Virus record (IMG/VR): IMGVR_UViG_3300045988_046012
Coordinates: 1 to 39,733 of that record
Origin: a virus
Length of the DNA: 39,733 bases
Reading direction: 5' to 3' (one strand)
Position numbers and translations under genes: made by a program. Shown here piece after piece: positions 39,696 through 39,733 of this stretch (within the stretch, counting starts at the first letter, position 1; the number at the start of each line of letters is the position of its first letter). Under the pieces are notes generated by a model. That model saw only the letters and a program-made list of their open reading frames with translations, made no database searches and had not been told where the DNA came from.

Positions 39696-39733
39696 ATCTC
39701 ACCATCCTTAAGCCACTTGTTGACATACTCAAC
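39635..39733. repeat. Terminal direct repeat, copy 2
   Basis: Identical to positions 1-99. Confidence 0.95.

Overview
The window is a complete temperate siphovirus genome of about 39.6 kb. Positions 1-99 are identical to 39635-39733, so the contig is a circular or terminally redundant assembly and one operon wraps around the ends. Strong GGAGG ribosome-binding sites, an XhlA/holin/amidase lysis cassette with cell-wall-binding repeats, and roughly mid-50s % GC (estimated by eye) point to a Gram-positive, Clostridia-like host.

Gene layout:
- Small minus-strand operon of acidic proteins plus an HTH, spanning the ends.
- Seven-gene plus-strand accessory operon of unknown function (417-3482).
- Lysogeny module on the minus strand: large serine integrase, membrane-anchored HTH, a glycine-zipper protein and a cI-like repressor. 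An IS3-family element sits in the terminator between the repressor and its neighbour.
- Early, recombination and replication module: Rad52-like, NinB-like, HNH, SSB, DUF1064 and a replication-module protein.
- DNA-modification cluster: C5-MTase, MazG-like, ParB-MTase.
- Packaging, head, tail and lysis genes.

Most interesting signals:
1. A 544-nt purine-rich non-coding spacer (15248-15791) packed with same-orientation GCAAYGG motifs. It lies directly downstream of a protein whose C-terminus matches the Cas6/RAMP glycine-rich loop consensus.
2. A C5-cytosine methyltransferase with apparently circularly permuted motifs (IV-X, then I-II). It is preceded by a 34-codon stub of an amino-MTase.
3. 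A 147-codon +1-frame ORF embedded inside that methyltransferase, with its own Shine-Dalgarno and a protein-like sequence.
4. Two near-identical promoters with a palindromic operator between -35 and -10. Each drives a small, very acidic protein, and one is followed by a 63-aa HTH, which resembles an acr-aca anti-defence architecture.
5. The conserved-looking seven-gene accessory operon.
6. A tRNA-like acceptor/T-arm element in a 390-nt non-coding gap upstream of the late operon.

All functional calls rest on motifs and gene position read from the translations. No database search was run.
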